Shown: piece by piece, positions 63,379 to 64,000 of the stretch
Layout: each line of letters begins with the position of its first letter
Numbering within the stretch: the stretch's first letter is position 1
Assembly (NCBI GenBank): GCA_037447605.1
Contig: CM074815.1
Location: 1,550,001-1,614,000 of the forward strand
From: Zygnema circumcarinatum SAG 698-1b
Lineage: Eukaryota; Plantae; Zygnematophyceae
DNA length: 64,000 nucleotides
Direction of reading: 5' to 3'
Translations under genes and position numbers: made by a program
Notes under the pieces: generated by a model
Told to the model about the DNA's origin: nothing
What the model saw: the letters and a program-made list of their open reading frames with translations, nothing else
Database searches by the model: none

Positions 63379-63604
63379 CGGCAGCACAGCGACATGCTTT
63401 CCTGTCGAAGTACCTCCCGCTTCAACCCTGTCGCATCCGCACATGAGAGATCAGACCACAAAGTTCATCATCCGTGTGGCGGCAACATCATAAATAGTAA
63501 AAGTCGCAGTCATGCGCAGACCGCGCCGCGCGGAGCGAAGTAAACACTGCGAAACAGACCGGCAGAGAAAGAGAGGCGAGGACAAGGACAACACTGACAT
63601 TTCG

Positions 63605-63915
63605 CAGGTCGGACCATTGGATGGCAATGGCTGGACGTTGAATGGTTGGCAACCATTGGATCCAATGGTTGCTAAACATTCGAATGGTTGTTGCGGTCCG
63701 GCGCCATTAGTCTGGAACCATTTGAATGGTTGCCAACCATTGAAGTCAAGGTTGTCGAGAGTAGGCAACCCATCAAAATATTCATACGAACCAATCTTGA
63801 ACCCGCCAATGGTTCAGGAAAATTCCAATGGTTTCGGACCATTCGAATGGTTGCCAACCATTGGAACGAATGGTTGGCAAGCATTGGAATGGTTTATCCA
63901 ATGGTATGTCCAATG
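63605..63915. mobile_element. AACCATT/AATGGTT palindromic element, copy 3 (longest)
   Basis: Begins TTTC.CAGGTCGGACCATT like copy 2; about a dozen AACCATT/AATGGTT units in alternating orientation. Right terminus not clearly identified. Confidence 0.5.
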
Positions 63916-64000
63916 CAACATTTGACGCGCTTCTCACAAGTGTGGAATTTTAACGGCCAGGATGTTTGTCGCTCGATCGGGCGCATCGCAGCCGGACATT

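Noticed and set aside
63376-63390. TCGGCAGCACA resembling the U6 snRNA 5' stem
   Set aside because: An 11-nt match only; no ACAGAGA box or downstream U6 sequence.
63605-63915. CRISPR-like or iteron-like regular repeats
   Set aside because: Units are short, degenerate and alternately oriented, with no constant spacer length and no cas genes; the context is eukaryotic.

Overview
Intron-rich eukaryotic nuclear DNA with two 10-N gaps. No rRNA, tRNA, CRISPR array or autonomous transposon was recognised. The gene set points to the streptophyte lineage; a zygnematophycean alga such as Closterium is my inference, not a database result. I reconstructed 11 protein-coding genes by hand from splice signals and recalled family motifs: CBP60 (-, 3' end probably off-window), NOP10 (+), a TRIC/TMEM38-like cation channel (+), a 1235-aa GATA-finger/PHD protein with a 426-bp in-frame tandem duplication (+), a CHR4/PKR1-like CHD remodeller that appears to carry an N-terminal PWWP domain instead of a PHD finger (+), a KEA4/5/6-type K+/H+ antiporter (-), NSE3/MAGE (+), a WPP-domain RanGAP (-), an ankyrin-repeat protein (+), mitochondrial class 2 DHODH (+) and COMMD2 (+). 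Intergenic DNA holds three copies of a quasi-palindromic AACCATT/AATGGTT element, a 78-bp dispersed repeat, GTAC clusters at four upstream regions, telo-box/TTAGGG arrays and CATG arrays. The best leads are the PWWP-CHD architecture and the TRIC-like channel. All family assignments rest on recalled motifs and need HMM and RNA-seq confirmation.
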